IMG/VR virus record: IMGVR_UViG_3300024289_000017
DNA length: 64,000 nucleotides
Direction: 5' to 3' (one strand)
Origin: an uncultured virus (IMG/VR IMGVR_UViG_3300024289_000017)
Taxonomy: Duplodnaviria > Heunggongvirae > Uroviricota > Caudoviricetes
Made by a program: the position numbers and the translations under genes. The notes beneath the pieces were generated by a model that had not been told where the DNA came from, made no database searches, and was given only the letters and a program-made list of their open reading frames with translations. Position 1 is the stretch's first letter, and each line of letters opens with the position of its first letter. This document shows positions 20,047 to 29,857 of the stretch, piece by piece.

Positions 20047-22548
20047 TCATGCTAAAGCAATAACTCTTAAATCTTTAACTCTAGGTGGATATGCTTGATT
20101 TGTTGAAGTTCCAACAAATTTAATACCAAAATATCTAAATGGTGGAAGATTATCAATTGTGAATTCATACTCCCTAAAGTCTAAAATATCACCATCAAAT
20201 CCAATGACATCTGTTTTTGATACCATTTTATCTGGAGATCCATCATTGTTTGCTAAATTAATAATTTCTCCAGTTGAAGTTAAGTTTTTATATCCTGGGA
20301 ATGGATAATAAATCATCTCCGAGTTTGGATCATCTGTAATTGAATAAAAACATCTGATATCATTTTGGGTATTAATATAAGCATTCATATAAACTTTAAT
20401 AGATGATGCCGGAGTCTCTAGTGATATTGGTTTAGTTGCATAAACAAATGATGATGGATCTCCTTCTAAAGTTGATGTTCTATTGTCAGTTATATAGTTT
20501 GATATTGGATTATTTACTCTGTTTGAAATAAACATCACAGCAACTCTATCCAAATCAATCACTGGAGAAATATATGCATTTGTTGTGGATAGATTTAAGT
20601 TAAGAGTGAATGATTTGTTTGCTGGTAAATTTGTAAGTTTTGAAGATTCATTTACTTTTGAAGAAACGACTCTTGGGGTTGAAAAATAATTAGTCGCATT
20701 CAAGTTAATTTGCTCAAAACCTTGATCTATGAATGAAATTTCATTTCCACCTATGCTACTTCCTGAAACTGATCTGATTGATGCATTGACATTAGTTCCT
20801 CTTAATGTCATAGTTTGAACTATTGGTTTTGCAAGTTCAAAAGGAATATTTTGTGTGGCGTTTATAGAACTTCCGCCAGTTGATTTAGTTTCATTTAAAA
20901 ATAGTTTTGGATGTCCCGTGGATGTAGATCTATTCGTCATTGTAGAATTTTGATCGGACATATCAAGTTTTATATGATAGTAATCCAAATCAAGTGGATT
21001 AGAAACAGTGGCGTTCGATAAATCATGAGTTTTGTTAATTCTTCTTAAAGAAACTCCAGACAACTCATACTTATAAATTAAACTCCCTGCATCATGAATA
21101 AATGATTTAGTTTGATCAACACCCCTTGTAATTCCTGTTAATTTTGGTGGAGATGTTGTCGAATTTACGCCTGTATAAGAAATAATTTCATCTTCAATTT
21201 TAATATATCCTGGATTCGTAGCTCCTACCGATACATTTTCAAAAGTTTGAAAGTTTGCGATTGTTACACTTTCTACTTGAATATCATCATTTGATGTTGC
21301 TGAATAATTTGCAAATAATTTAGTTGGTTTTAAGTCTGATACTACATTTGAAACGGCAACCAAATTATTTGCAGAGTTCATTCCATGATTCTTATGATTA
21401 ACTTTTAAATGTAGTCCATCAGATAAAGTTATTATACCATCTGTGGGTATAGTAACATTTCCACCAGTTCCATTTAAATCAGTAGTAATTCCTAAATTAT
21501 TAATAAATCTAATAGTTTTTCCTATTCCGGTTAAATATTCTCCTTGCACTTGATCTATTATTAATTCATTTACGCCAGAAATTTGAGATACCGACAATCT
21601 TAAATTTCTACCTAAGTTTTTAGATCCAATAGTAGTAATACCAAGAACATCTCCAACAGAATAACCAGTTCCTCCATTTGAAATTGTTGCTGCGACAGCA
21701 ACACCATTGGATATTGTTATATCTGCTGCGGCATCTCTTCCAGAACCTGTTATACTATTCAATGAAACATTTGTAAAAAGATAACTGCCTGATGATGGAG
21801 TATAACCTATACCAGAATTAATAATTCCTAAAGTGCTAAATGCAGAACCAGCTGATCCAACAAAATTGCCAGTTGCATTGCTATTTTGTTGAATTATCGT
21901 ATTACCTGGAGATGGTAGTTTTGAATCTGCAATAGTTGTTCCTATACCTACTTTAATTTTTTTAGATGCAATTTCTAAAGAATCCTTGACTAAAGTTGCA
22001 ACCTGACCATTTCCAACACTTAGATCTGGATTATAGAAATTTATATTTCCACTTCCAACGAAATTTGCTCTGTATAATTTAAACTTTAAATCTTCCAATT
22101 GGCTTGGAGTCCAAGTAGATCCATTTTGCGATTTAAATAAAGATCCACTCAGAGGTTGCTTCGAAACTAGTACTTGTTGATCTTCTGTAAGATTTGAAGT
22201 ACTAACTTCAACTTCTGATAATCTAGCAATCCATACATTATATACACTAGAATTTGAAAGTATGGCTAAAGCATGAAATTGTTTTCCCGCCAAATAAATT
22301 GGCGAATCAAATGTAACTCTAGTTGGAACTGATGCGTCCGCAGAAATGTTTACATTTTTTGGATCAATAACAACCTCTCCAAATGGATAAACTTCATTTG
22401 TAGGTACACCCAACTGCATTGGTCTCAATTGAACTGTAACTGGAAGTTCCGCATCTCTGGAGTAAAAATATAAATCAACAGAAGTTACAAAAATACCGCT
22501 GTCAGGTTCTACATAAAAAGATTGTGCTAAAGGATCTATTATTTTCAT
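20047..22548 (-). CDS. Virion structural protein, C-terminal portion of DUF4815-type protein
   Basis: Starts MKIIDPLAQSF; GSLFKSQNGSTWTPSQLEDLKF; ends PPRVKDLRVIALA. Confidence 0.8.
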   Translation of the reverse strand: MKIIDPLAQSFYVEPDSGIFVTSVDLYFYSRDAELPVTVQLRPMQLGVPTNEVYPFGEVVIDPKNVNISADASVPTRVTFDSPIYLAGKQFHALAILSNSSVYNVWIARLSEVEVSTSNLTEDQQVLVSKQPLSGSLFKSQNGSTWTPSQLEDLKFKLYRANFVGSGNINFYNPDLSVGNGQVATLVKDSLEIASKKIKVGIGTTIADSKLPSPGNTIIQQNSNATGNFVGSAGSAFSTLGIINSGIGYTPSSGSYLFTNVSLNSITGSGRDAAADITISNGVAVAATISNGGTGYSVGDVLGITTIGSKNLGRNLRLSVSQISGVNELIIDQVQGEYLTGIGKTIRFINNLGITTDLNGTGGNVTIPTDGIITLSDGLHLKVNHKNHGMNSANNLVAVSNVVSDLKPTKLFANYSATSNDDIQVESVTIANFQTFENVSVGATNPGYIKIEDEIISYTGVNSTTSPPKLTGITRGVDQTKSFIHDAGSLIYKYELSGVSLRRINKTHDLSNATVSNPLDLDYYHIKLDMSDQNSTMTNRSTSTGHPKLFLNETKSTGGSSINATQNIPFELAKPIVQTMTLRGTNVNASIRSVSGSSIGGNEISFIDQGFEQINLNATNYFSTPRVVSSKVNESSKLTNLPANKSFTLNLNLSTTNAYISPVIDLDRVAVMFISNRVNNPISNYITDNRTSTLEGDPSSFVYATKPISLETPASSIKVYMNAYINTQNDIRCFYSITDDPNSEMIYYPFPGYKNLTSTGEIINLANNDGSPDKMVSKTDVIGFDGDILDFREYEFTIDNLPPFRYFGIKFVGTSTNQAYPPRVKDLRVIALA

Positions 22549-22610
22549 TTTAATTGTTAATTGTTGGACGATAACTCCACTATGATATATTTATTTCTCA
22601 TTTTACTTAG

Positions 22611-25600
22611 TTATTTTTTACCTTTTTTCTTATTATTTACTGGTGAAACTGTGATTGCGTTTGGTATTACAGTGGTAAGACCGTTTGGACCTGTTACTCT
22701 TACATCTCTTACAAAATCTTTTTGTATTTGCTTAGCTGGTTGTCCTAATGATGGACTATTTTGTGTTGTAGGAATCATGCCTTTTGCTTGATTACTTTCT
22801 TTTAGTTGAGTAGATAATGCTGCATAATTTTTATCGGTTGGAGTAACTTTTGCACCTTGTGCATTAAACGCTTGTTCTGCTTTATTGGCACCAATTTTCT
22901 TCTTGAGTTCTCCATAAGTAACTTCTTTACCATTATATTTAATTGTTGTTAGAGGAACCGAATAATATGGTTGATTGCTACCTTGAAGTTTCTTACCAAA
23001 AAGACCTGCTACAAATTTATCCCCACCAATACCACGCTGACCATATACTAATCCACCTGCATTTACATTTAAGAATTTGATACCAGCAGTTGATTTTGGT
23101 TCAACAGGTTTCACTGGACCTGGATCTGTCGTTGGTCCTGGAATATCATCGAGTGGTGGTGGTTGTGTCGTTGGTCCTGGATCAGGTGTCCACGATGGAG
23201 TGGGTTGATTATCAATTGGCGATGGGAACACCGGTGTTGGTGTTGGTTGTGGTTGTGGTTGAGGTTCTGGTTGTGGTTGTGGTTGTGGTTCTGGTAAAGT
23301 ATTTCCAACAATAGTTGTTGCGACCACTGCAACCGGTCCAGTAGAAACCTCAGATCTACTTTCTATTATGGTTTGAGTTTCAGTTCTAGCAGTTCTGACA
23401 GATAATATATTTTCTTGTACCCTATTAATTTTACCTTCAGAATAAAATCTTTCTTCCGCACTTGTAATTGTAGAATCAATTAAAGAATTAGTTGAGCTAC
23501 TTGTTATTCTGAAAAGTTTTGTGCCTGTTTGGAAACTTGGATTTCCGAAAACATTTGGATTTGGGATAAAGAAAGATCCTATTATTACACCATTGACATC
23601 AGTAATTAATCTAATATTCGTTATTACTGCTTCTGCGCCACTTGTATTTCCTCTAAGTCTCATTCCAGTTTGAATAAATCCAAAGAAATCGCCAAGAGCT
23701 TGTTGTGAAAGACTAAAGGTATCAATATTTAAAATCGTTGAAGTTGATGAATAATTTGTTGGAATGTCTTGTACTGAGTTATATGGATCTTTTGTAAAGA
23801 TTTCTGTTGGTGAATTGTAAGGTCCATATTTATGATTTGAATTTGCCACTCTAAAAGTAATCTTTGGTGTAGAAGATTGAACTCCTAAAATCTCAGCTCC
23901 ATCACTAACAACACCCTGTACAGTTTCACCCACTTGGAATGTTCCTGAAACCATGCTAATTTCTAATAGTTTTGGAACTATAAATTTATTAACATCAAGA
24001 CCACTAAAGAATGTGTAAACTCTTGTTAGTGGTTTTAATCTCTTGGCAACAAATTCAATATTCCTAGACCTCATGAAAGGACTTATATCAGAACTTAGAA
24101 CAGTATCACCTAAAGAAACATACTTAGTATCTTCTTTAGTAATTTTTCTAATACCACTTCTTGTACTTGTGCCAGTTTTAGTTATTGTCTCTAAATCTTC
24201 TTTAATGATGTAATATCCAACATTAACTGTTCTTGAATCTTTTGCTGTAGTTGAACCTGTCCAGACAGTTTCCCAAGATCCCCAAGTTACTGGTCCAAAT
24301 CCAGTTTGTTTATCTAATTCTGAAGCAGTAATTTGAGATTCTGACTGAATATAATTTGTTGCCACTTCTGTTGAATTTGCAACAAGTCTTACGACATCAA
24401 CCCAAACATCTGAAGATGGGGCAAGATTGATTGTTCCGCCATAATAACCAACTCTGTATGGAGCAACACTTTCTACTCTAGTTGCATATGGTTGATTTAT
24501 TTCTTCCACTTCCAAATAATCTAAGGTAATTATATCATTTGTTTTTTTGATGTTAGTTCCTATTAAGTCTGTAACATACCTAGAATCTACTTGAGAATTT
24601 GAAGTTACACCTAATCCAATAAGAGAATTTGACCCTAAAACTAAATCAACTAATGTATTATATGGTGAAGGTCTTAGTTCCGAGTTAGCAACATCAATAC
24701 TGTTCTTTACTATTGTTACTTTTTTCTGTGAAGATGTTGTAGAAAAGTCATCAACAAAAAATCCAGATTTAAAACGATTTAAACCATTGACATCTCTAAT
24801 AAAAAGATTTGAAGTATCTGTTTCTAATAAAGAAAGTGAAGTATAATACTCTAAATTTTTAATTCTATTCTCAAGAGAATAGATATCTTTCATTCTATAT
24901 CTCTTGTGTTCGGCAAGATTTAGACTTGCATCGTTTATGTCGCACAAATATGCTGGTAATGTAATAGTTGCTATATCTAAAGCATCTTCAATTCCAATTG
25001 GTGGTTGTGGATTATCTGCAGGTTCCCCTTTATTTAACTGGAATATTCCATCTTTAGTTAAATAAATTTTATCTACTCTTGGTAAATAATAAGAATAATT
25101 TAATAAAATAGATTCATCGGAAGCCAAAACATTAGATGCAGAATTTCCACTAGAAGTAAAACTTCTAGATCTAAATTCAAATGGAGATAATGAAGATGTT
25201 GTAACTGTAAATTCAGAAACTCTTGGTCTAATATCTAAAATATCACTATTCCTAATACCATTGACGGAAGGTATGTCACAATAATCAAATTGGTTATAAG
25301 AATTTGCAGTTGTTATATTGCCATCATCAGAAGACAAAAAACTTGCAGACTCAAATACAATTTTTAATTTTCTAATTGGTTCTTTTGCTGCAGATTTTCT
25401 AGTTATTCTAGAATAATCATATATCGTGTTTCTTTGACCATTATCAAAAATATAATTTGTGGTGACATTATTATCACCTGCATCAGAAGAAGTTATAACT
25501 GCTGTTATTCCGGATTCTTTGAAAGTGATTGTTTCGTCAATTCTGAATCTATTAGAATTTCTAGAGATATATGATATTTTTATTGAATTTAATTTTTCTG

Positions 25601-28265
25601 CATAAACACCAACAGCACCACTTATAGATCCAACAAATTCTTCTCCAATTAATAAATCATCTGTCTTATTAGTTGGGCCCTCGATAGTTGTTAATGTTAA
25701 ATTTGGTAGTTCTGGTTCTGAAGTATCATTAGATTCGTATATTCCGTATAATTTAGTTACATCAGGTTCTAATAAACAAATATCCTCATCCTGAACTCTT
25801 GTTCCATATGGATAAGTTCCATATGTTAAACCATCATTGTTTGTAGTTGCTCCAACTCCAGAATATTGATATTTTGACTTGTCTACAATAATTGTTTTAA
25901 TTCTATTTTTATTTTTAACTTTCGATTTAATATCAATTTTTCTTAAAGTACCTATTAGTCTTCCGGTGCCAGAACTTGTTTGGAGCCCATTTATTGTCAA
26001 TTCTCTTCCACCATTACCAAAGACAAGTTTATCTGAGCTTAAACTTTCAGTTAATCCAGAATCTGTAATTAAAACATATCTTTCTTCATCAAATGGTAAG
26101 AAAGTTTCATCTGATTCTGCAGATACTGTGTTTGTTGAATTTGATGTAATTGTCACATTATATTGATTTCTCACCGTCAATGAAGATTCGGTTAAATCTA
26201 CGGAAGCAACATTTCTATTTGGTAATGTTGTATATAAATTATTATCTAAAGAAGATTGGAAATTAGAATATAATATTCTAAAATCACTTGGATTTATATC
26301 TGAAGTCGGTAAACCACCATCACAGACTCCACTGACAGTAGTAACGCCAGATATTGTAATAGAACTTTGAGATACTGAATTAATTTTTGCAAAAGTATTT
26401 ACAGAAAGTCCTGGATTTGAAAAAGCTACAATGTTTCCTACTGTAGCAATTCCAGTAAAAATATAATTAGATGATGTTACCGTGCTTATTCCACCACCAG
26501 TAGCAGTAATTTTAACTTGACCAACATCTGAGATTGTAGATAATTTTATATCAGATGTGAATGTAGATCCGCTTCCAACAATACCATAAAGGGATTTAAC
26601 ATCATTTGTTGAATATGCCGTGATTGCTGTAGAAACTCTAGTATTTTCTATACCATCAAAAATTAATCTTTCACCAATTACAAAAGTACCTTTTGTATTA
26701 TATGCGGTGATAATTCCCGAATTAGATGCGTCATATCTTAAAAATCCAACAGCACCACTAGACTTACCCTTAATATAAGTGGGTGTAGTTAAACTAATAG
26801 GTTCATTTAATGAAATTTCTGTATAAGTTTGTATATCATACAAAGAAATATCCCATTCATTAGAATCTGGTTGAGAAGTATTATATGATCCAGATTCTAA
26901 TGCAAAATCATAAACTCTTGCAAGACCTATTTCTTTTCCCGAAGAGTTGGTTTGATTTGTCCCTACTCTAGAATCTCTTAAACTTACAGTATAAGATGTT
27001 GATATTCCTAGAGATGGTGATCCATAGACTCTATTTAAAGTATATGTTGGACCTGTTACATAATTTACGCTTTGATTTTGTAATAGTTTTGTTGTTCTTG
27101 GTTTTTCAAAATCCAAATATGTTGTTCCTACAACATCTATCTCATATCCACTCACAAATGCTTTAAGTGGAGAAATTATATAAGTACCTAAATCATCAGA
27201 AGCTTTGTTATTATTATATGTTACTTGATTATCTTTAAATACGCCACCATTTCCCTTTAAATCATCTAAAGTTTCTTTAACGGAGAGAGATGGGGATTTT
27301 ACATAATAATTTCCAGATTCATCATAAGTTCTTCTTGCAAATTCTTTTTCAAGAATATTATAATCTGGATTATTAATTTGTTTTTGTATTATACCATTTC
27401 TAACTTCTAAAAGTTGAACAAAGTTTGGAGTAGCTTCTGGATTTTCTACATTTAAAGGAATTTTTGAAAGTATTGCTTGAATTGATAATCGATCTGCTCC
27501 AGGTGCAGCGTAATTTGAAAATCCTTGGGCATTATCATTTAAATCAATATCATCATCGGGAGTTATAATACTCTCAAATATTTCTAGTCCAACTCTATAG
27601 CTTGGATAATTTGAATATTGATCTAATAAAATAGTTTGATCATCTACAGTAACAAAATGACCTCTAAGGTAGTAAACACCTTCGGAAATATTTACTGCTG
27701 ATCCTATTGAGTTTGGATTTGATAAAATTGTAGCGGCAAATCCTTCATTTTGTTGAATTATTACATTTTTATCTCCAAAAATAGTGCTTTGCTCTGATAT
27801 CCCATCTTCCACCAGCAAAACTTCATTCGAACCAAATCCTTGATAACTATTTGATAGTAGATCTGAATTTAAAAAATTAACATATAAAGTGTTATTATTT
27901 CTTTCCGAATTAGAAAAATCTAAAACACCAACAACTACAGCTCTAACTCCACTATTTACGCCACGAATTGTCTTCCCTATCAAATAAGGAAGATATTCTA
28001 TTACATTAATACCAAGATAACTTTCTTGAATTTCTACTGCATAATAGTTGTCAATATAATTAATATTTCCGGGAATTACAATAGATCCTTCTTTGAAAAA
28101 ATGATTTCCAAATTTTTCAATTTGATTTTGTAATAATGATTGAAGAGTGGTTAATTCTCTAGCTTGAACTGGATAACCGGGTTTAAATAAAACTTTATAA
28201 TATTGACTTTCTGGGTCAAAGTCATCAAAATATGGAGAAACATTAAGGTTGGTTTGCTGTGGCAT
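22611..28265 (-). CDS. Large virion structural protein, DUF4815-type N-terminal portion
   Basis: MPQQTNLNVSPYFDDFD, PVQARELT, APGADR, RFKSGFFVDDF; ends in Pro-rich linker plus basic tail. Confidence 0.85.
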   Translation of the reverse strand: MPQQTNLNVSPYFDDFDPESQYYKVLFKPGYPVQARELTTLQSLLQNQIEKFGNHFFKEGSIVIPGNINYIDNYYAVEIQESYLGINVIEYLPYLIGKTIRGVNSGVRAVVVGVLDFSNSERNNNTLYVNFLNSDLLSNSYQGFGSNEVLLVEDGISEQSTIFGDKNVIIQQNEGFAATILSNPNSIGSAVNISEGVYYLRGHFVTVDDQTILLDQYSNYPSYRVGLEIFESIITPDDDIDLNDNAQGFSNYAAPGADRLSIQAILSKIPLNVENPEATPNFVQLLEVRNGIIQKQINNPDYNILEKEFARRTYDESGNYYVKSPSLSVKETLDDLKGNGGVFKDNQVTYNNNKASDDLGTYIISPLKAFVSGYEIDVVGTTYLDFEKPRTTKLLQNQSVNYVTGPTYTLNRVYGSPSLGISTSYTVSLRDSRVGTNQTNSSGKEIGLARVYDFALESGSYNTSQPDSNEWDISLYDIQTYTEISLNEPISLTTPTYIKGKSSGAVGFLRYDASNSGIITAYNTKGTFVIGERLIFDGIENTRVSTAITAYSTNDVKSLYGIVGSGSTFTSDIKLSTISDVGQVKITATGGGISTVTSSNYIFTGIATVGNIVAFSNPGLSVNTFAKINSVSQSSITISGVTTVSGVCDGGLPTSDINPSDFRILYSNFQSSLDNNLYTTLPNRNVASVDLTESSLTVRNQYNVTITSNSTNTVSAESDETFLPFDEERYVLITDSGLTESLSSDKLVFGNGGRELTINGLQTSSGTGRLIGTLRKIDIKSKVKNKNRIKTIIVDKSKYQYSGVGATTNNDGLTYGTYPYGTRVQDEDICLLEPDVTKLYGIYESNDTSEPELPNLTLTTIEGPTNKTDDLLIGEEFVGSISGAVGVYAEKLNSIKISYISRNSNRFRIDETITFKESGITAVITSSDAGDNNVTTNYIFDNGQRNTIYDYSRITRKSAAKEPIRKLKIVFESASFLSSDDGNITTANSYNQFDYCDIPSVNGIRNSDILDIRPRVSEFTVTTSSLSPFEFRSRSFTSSGNSASNVLASDESILLNYSYYLPRVDKIYLTKDGIFQLNKGEPADNPQPPIGIEDALDIATITLPAYLCDINDASLNLAEHKRYRMKDIYSLENRIKNLEYYTSLSLLETDTSNLFIRDVNGLNRFKSGFFVDDFSTTSSQKKVTIVKNSIDVANSELRPSPYNTLVDLVLGSNSLIGLGVTSNSQVDSRYVTDLIGTNIKKTNDIITLDYLEVEEINQPYATRVESVAPYRVGYYGGTINLAPSSDVWVDVVRLVANSTEVATNYIQSESQITASELDKQTGFGPVTWGSWETVWTGSTTAKDSRTVNVGYYIIKEDLETITKTGTSTRSGIRKITKEDTKYVSLGDTVLSSDISPFMRSRNIEFVAKRLKPLTRVYTFFSGLDVNKFIVPKLLEISMVSGTFQVGETVQGVVSDGAEILGVQSSTPKITFRVANSNHKYGPYNSPTEIFTKDPYNSVQDIPTNYSSTSTILNIDTFSLSQQALGDFFGFIQTGMRLRGNTSGAEAVITNIRLITDVNGVIIGSFFIPNPNVFGNPSFQTGTKLFRITSSSTNSLIDSTITSAEERFYSEGKINRVQENILSVRTARTETQTIIESRSEVSTGPVAVVATTIVGNTLPEPQPQPQPEPQPQPQPTPTPVFPSPIDNQPTPSWTPDPGPTTQPPPLDDIPGPTTDPGPVKPVEPKSTAGIKFLNVNAGGLVYGQRGIGGDKFVAGLFGKKLQGSNQPYYSVPLTTIKYNGKEVTYGELKKKIGANKAEQAFNAQGAKVTPTDKNYAALSTQLKESNQAKGMIPTTQNSPSLGQPAKQIQKDFVRDVRVTGPNGLTTVIPNAITVSPVNNKKKGKK
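23232..23295. repeat. (GGTTGT)n-type hexamer repeat encoding PEPQPQPQPEPQPQPQPTPTP
   Basis: ggtgttggtgttggttgtggttgtggttgaggttctggttgtggttgtggttgtggttctgg. Confidence 0.9.
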
Positions 28266-28271
28266 GATTCT

Positions 28272-29828
28272 TTAGAATTGCAAAATGACTTTGATATCTT
28301 CTTTTTGATTTGATGACCTAGTTATAGAAGGTCTGTTATCAACATATATAATGTTTCCAGAATATTTTTTTACTTCTGGATCAGAAACACCATTAATAAA
28401 TGTTTGACCGACATAATACTTTCTATTATTTATTGTAGTAGATACACCAGTAAATGAAGTATCAATTCCTAATCCACTTATACCTGAGGAATTAATGGTC
28501 AAAGATCCACCTGTGCTTGGAGATGATGTAAACCTATGCATTTTAAATCCATAAATTGAATTTGGGTTTTTTGTACCATCACTATTAAATCCAACTAAAG
28601 TTCTATCCTGCCAATATTTTAAAACACCAGTATTTTTATCATAAGAAACAACTCTACCTACAGCTGTAGATCCTATTCCTATTGTTTGAGTGATAACGCT
28701 ATCGTAAATAAAATTCGCAGTACTATAAGCGATTCCAACAAGTTTTAATGCAGATAAAGCACTAGATTTGTCTTTATTTAAAATTTGATTTGATCCAAAC
28801 GCTAACGGATTTTCTACTATTCCAACCCTTGCAATTTGATTACCAACAATAAAATCTGGATTTTCTAAATCATTTTCTATTCTAGAATATACTAAAACTC
28901 TATACGCACCCAATTCTCTATAAATGTCGTATCCATGGCCATTTTGGGGAGGAATAATGACATCAAAAACTGGAGGTGTTGATCCAGCGGGAACTCCTCC
29001 GGCAGATAAATTTACAGTTCCATATGAGTATCCAGAACCGCCATTTGTAATAATAGCGGATTGTACTCTAGAGTCGCTATTAATCACTATGGTACATTCT
29101 GCTCCAGTTCCATCTCCATTTATAGGAACCCTAGTGTATGTTCTTCCTGCAGTACCAATTCCAGTTCCTCTATTAGTAACTGTTACAATTTTAATTTGAC
29201 CGCTCACTTCCGCGTTATTTCTAACTGCAGAATAATCGCTGTTTGTCTCCCAATCAGAGGGAACTGGAATAAAATTAGTAGATTCAAACTTCACTAATTC
29301 ATTCGGTTTAATAGTATATAAGTATTTCCAGATGTAACCATCTTCACTATCGCCAGCAGATCTTGGCTCTAAATCAGTAAAAGTTGGTTCGTCTAAAGAA
29401 GGTTTTCCTTTTGGATTTTCTGGGTCAACACCATTATAAAGACATATATAAACTCTATAATCACTATTAACTACATAAAAATTTGATGCATATAAACTAG
29501 TTGCATTTGAAGGTACTGATAAATTTGTTCTACTAATATCATGTCTATACATATCATAGACAGTTCCAGAACTCCAAGTAATTTTTCTTATTACCTGTCT
29601 GACATCACCCGGCAAAATCTTTTTTAATGCAATTATAGTGTCCCAATAATCATTTTCCTGATCAAAATTATCTTTTGGCGATGGTGGAACAGAGTCCCAA
29701 TTAGAATCATAATTTGTTGCATTCGGTAAACCTACAAAAGTATAATAACCGTTTGCAGAAGAAGTTGCTGCCGCAACAAAGTTTTTTGCGTTTAATATTC
29801 TAATTTGATCAGTTATAATTGCAGACAT
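28272..29828 (-). CDS. gp8: Baseplate wedge subunit gp8
   Basis: MSAIITDQIRILNA, YDMYRHD, DGYIWKYLYTI, QKEDIKVILQF. Confidence 0.95.
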   Translation of the reverse strand: MSAIITDQIRILNAKNFVAAATSSANGYYTFVGLPNATNYDSNWDSVPPSPKDNFDQENDYWDTIIALKKILPGDVRQVIRKITWSSGTVYDMYRHDISRTNLSVPSNATSLYASNFYVVNSDYRVYICLYNGVDPENPKGKPSLDEPTFTDLEPRSAGDSEDGYIWKYLYTIKPNELVKFESTNFIPVPSDWETNSDYSAVRNNAEVSGQIKIVTVTNRGTGIGTAGRTYTRVPINGDGTGAECTIVINSDSRVQSAIITNGGSGYSYGTVNLSAGGVPAGSTPPVFDVIIPPQNGHGYDIYRELGAYRVLVYSRIENDLENPDFIVGNQIARVGIVENPLAFGSNQILNKDKSSALSALKLVGIAYSTANFIYDSVITQTIGIGSTAVGRVVSYDKNTGVLKYWQDRTLVGFNSDGTKNPNSIYGFKMHRFTSSPSTGGSLTINSSGISGLGIDTSFTGVSTTINNRKYYVGQTFINGVSDPEVKKYSGNIIYVDNRPSITRSSNQKEDIKVILQF

Positions 29829-29857
29829 TTTGCCGTTTTTTTATTTATTTATGAATA

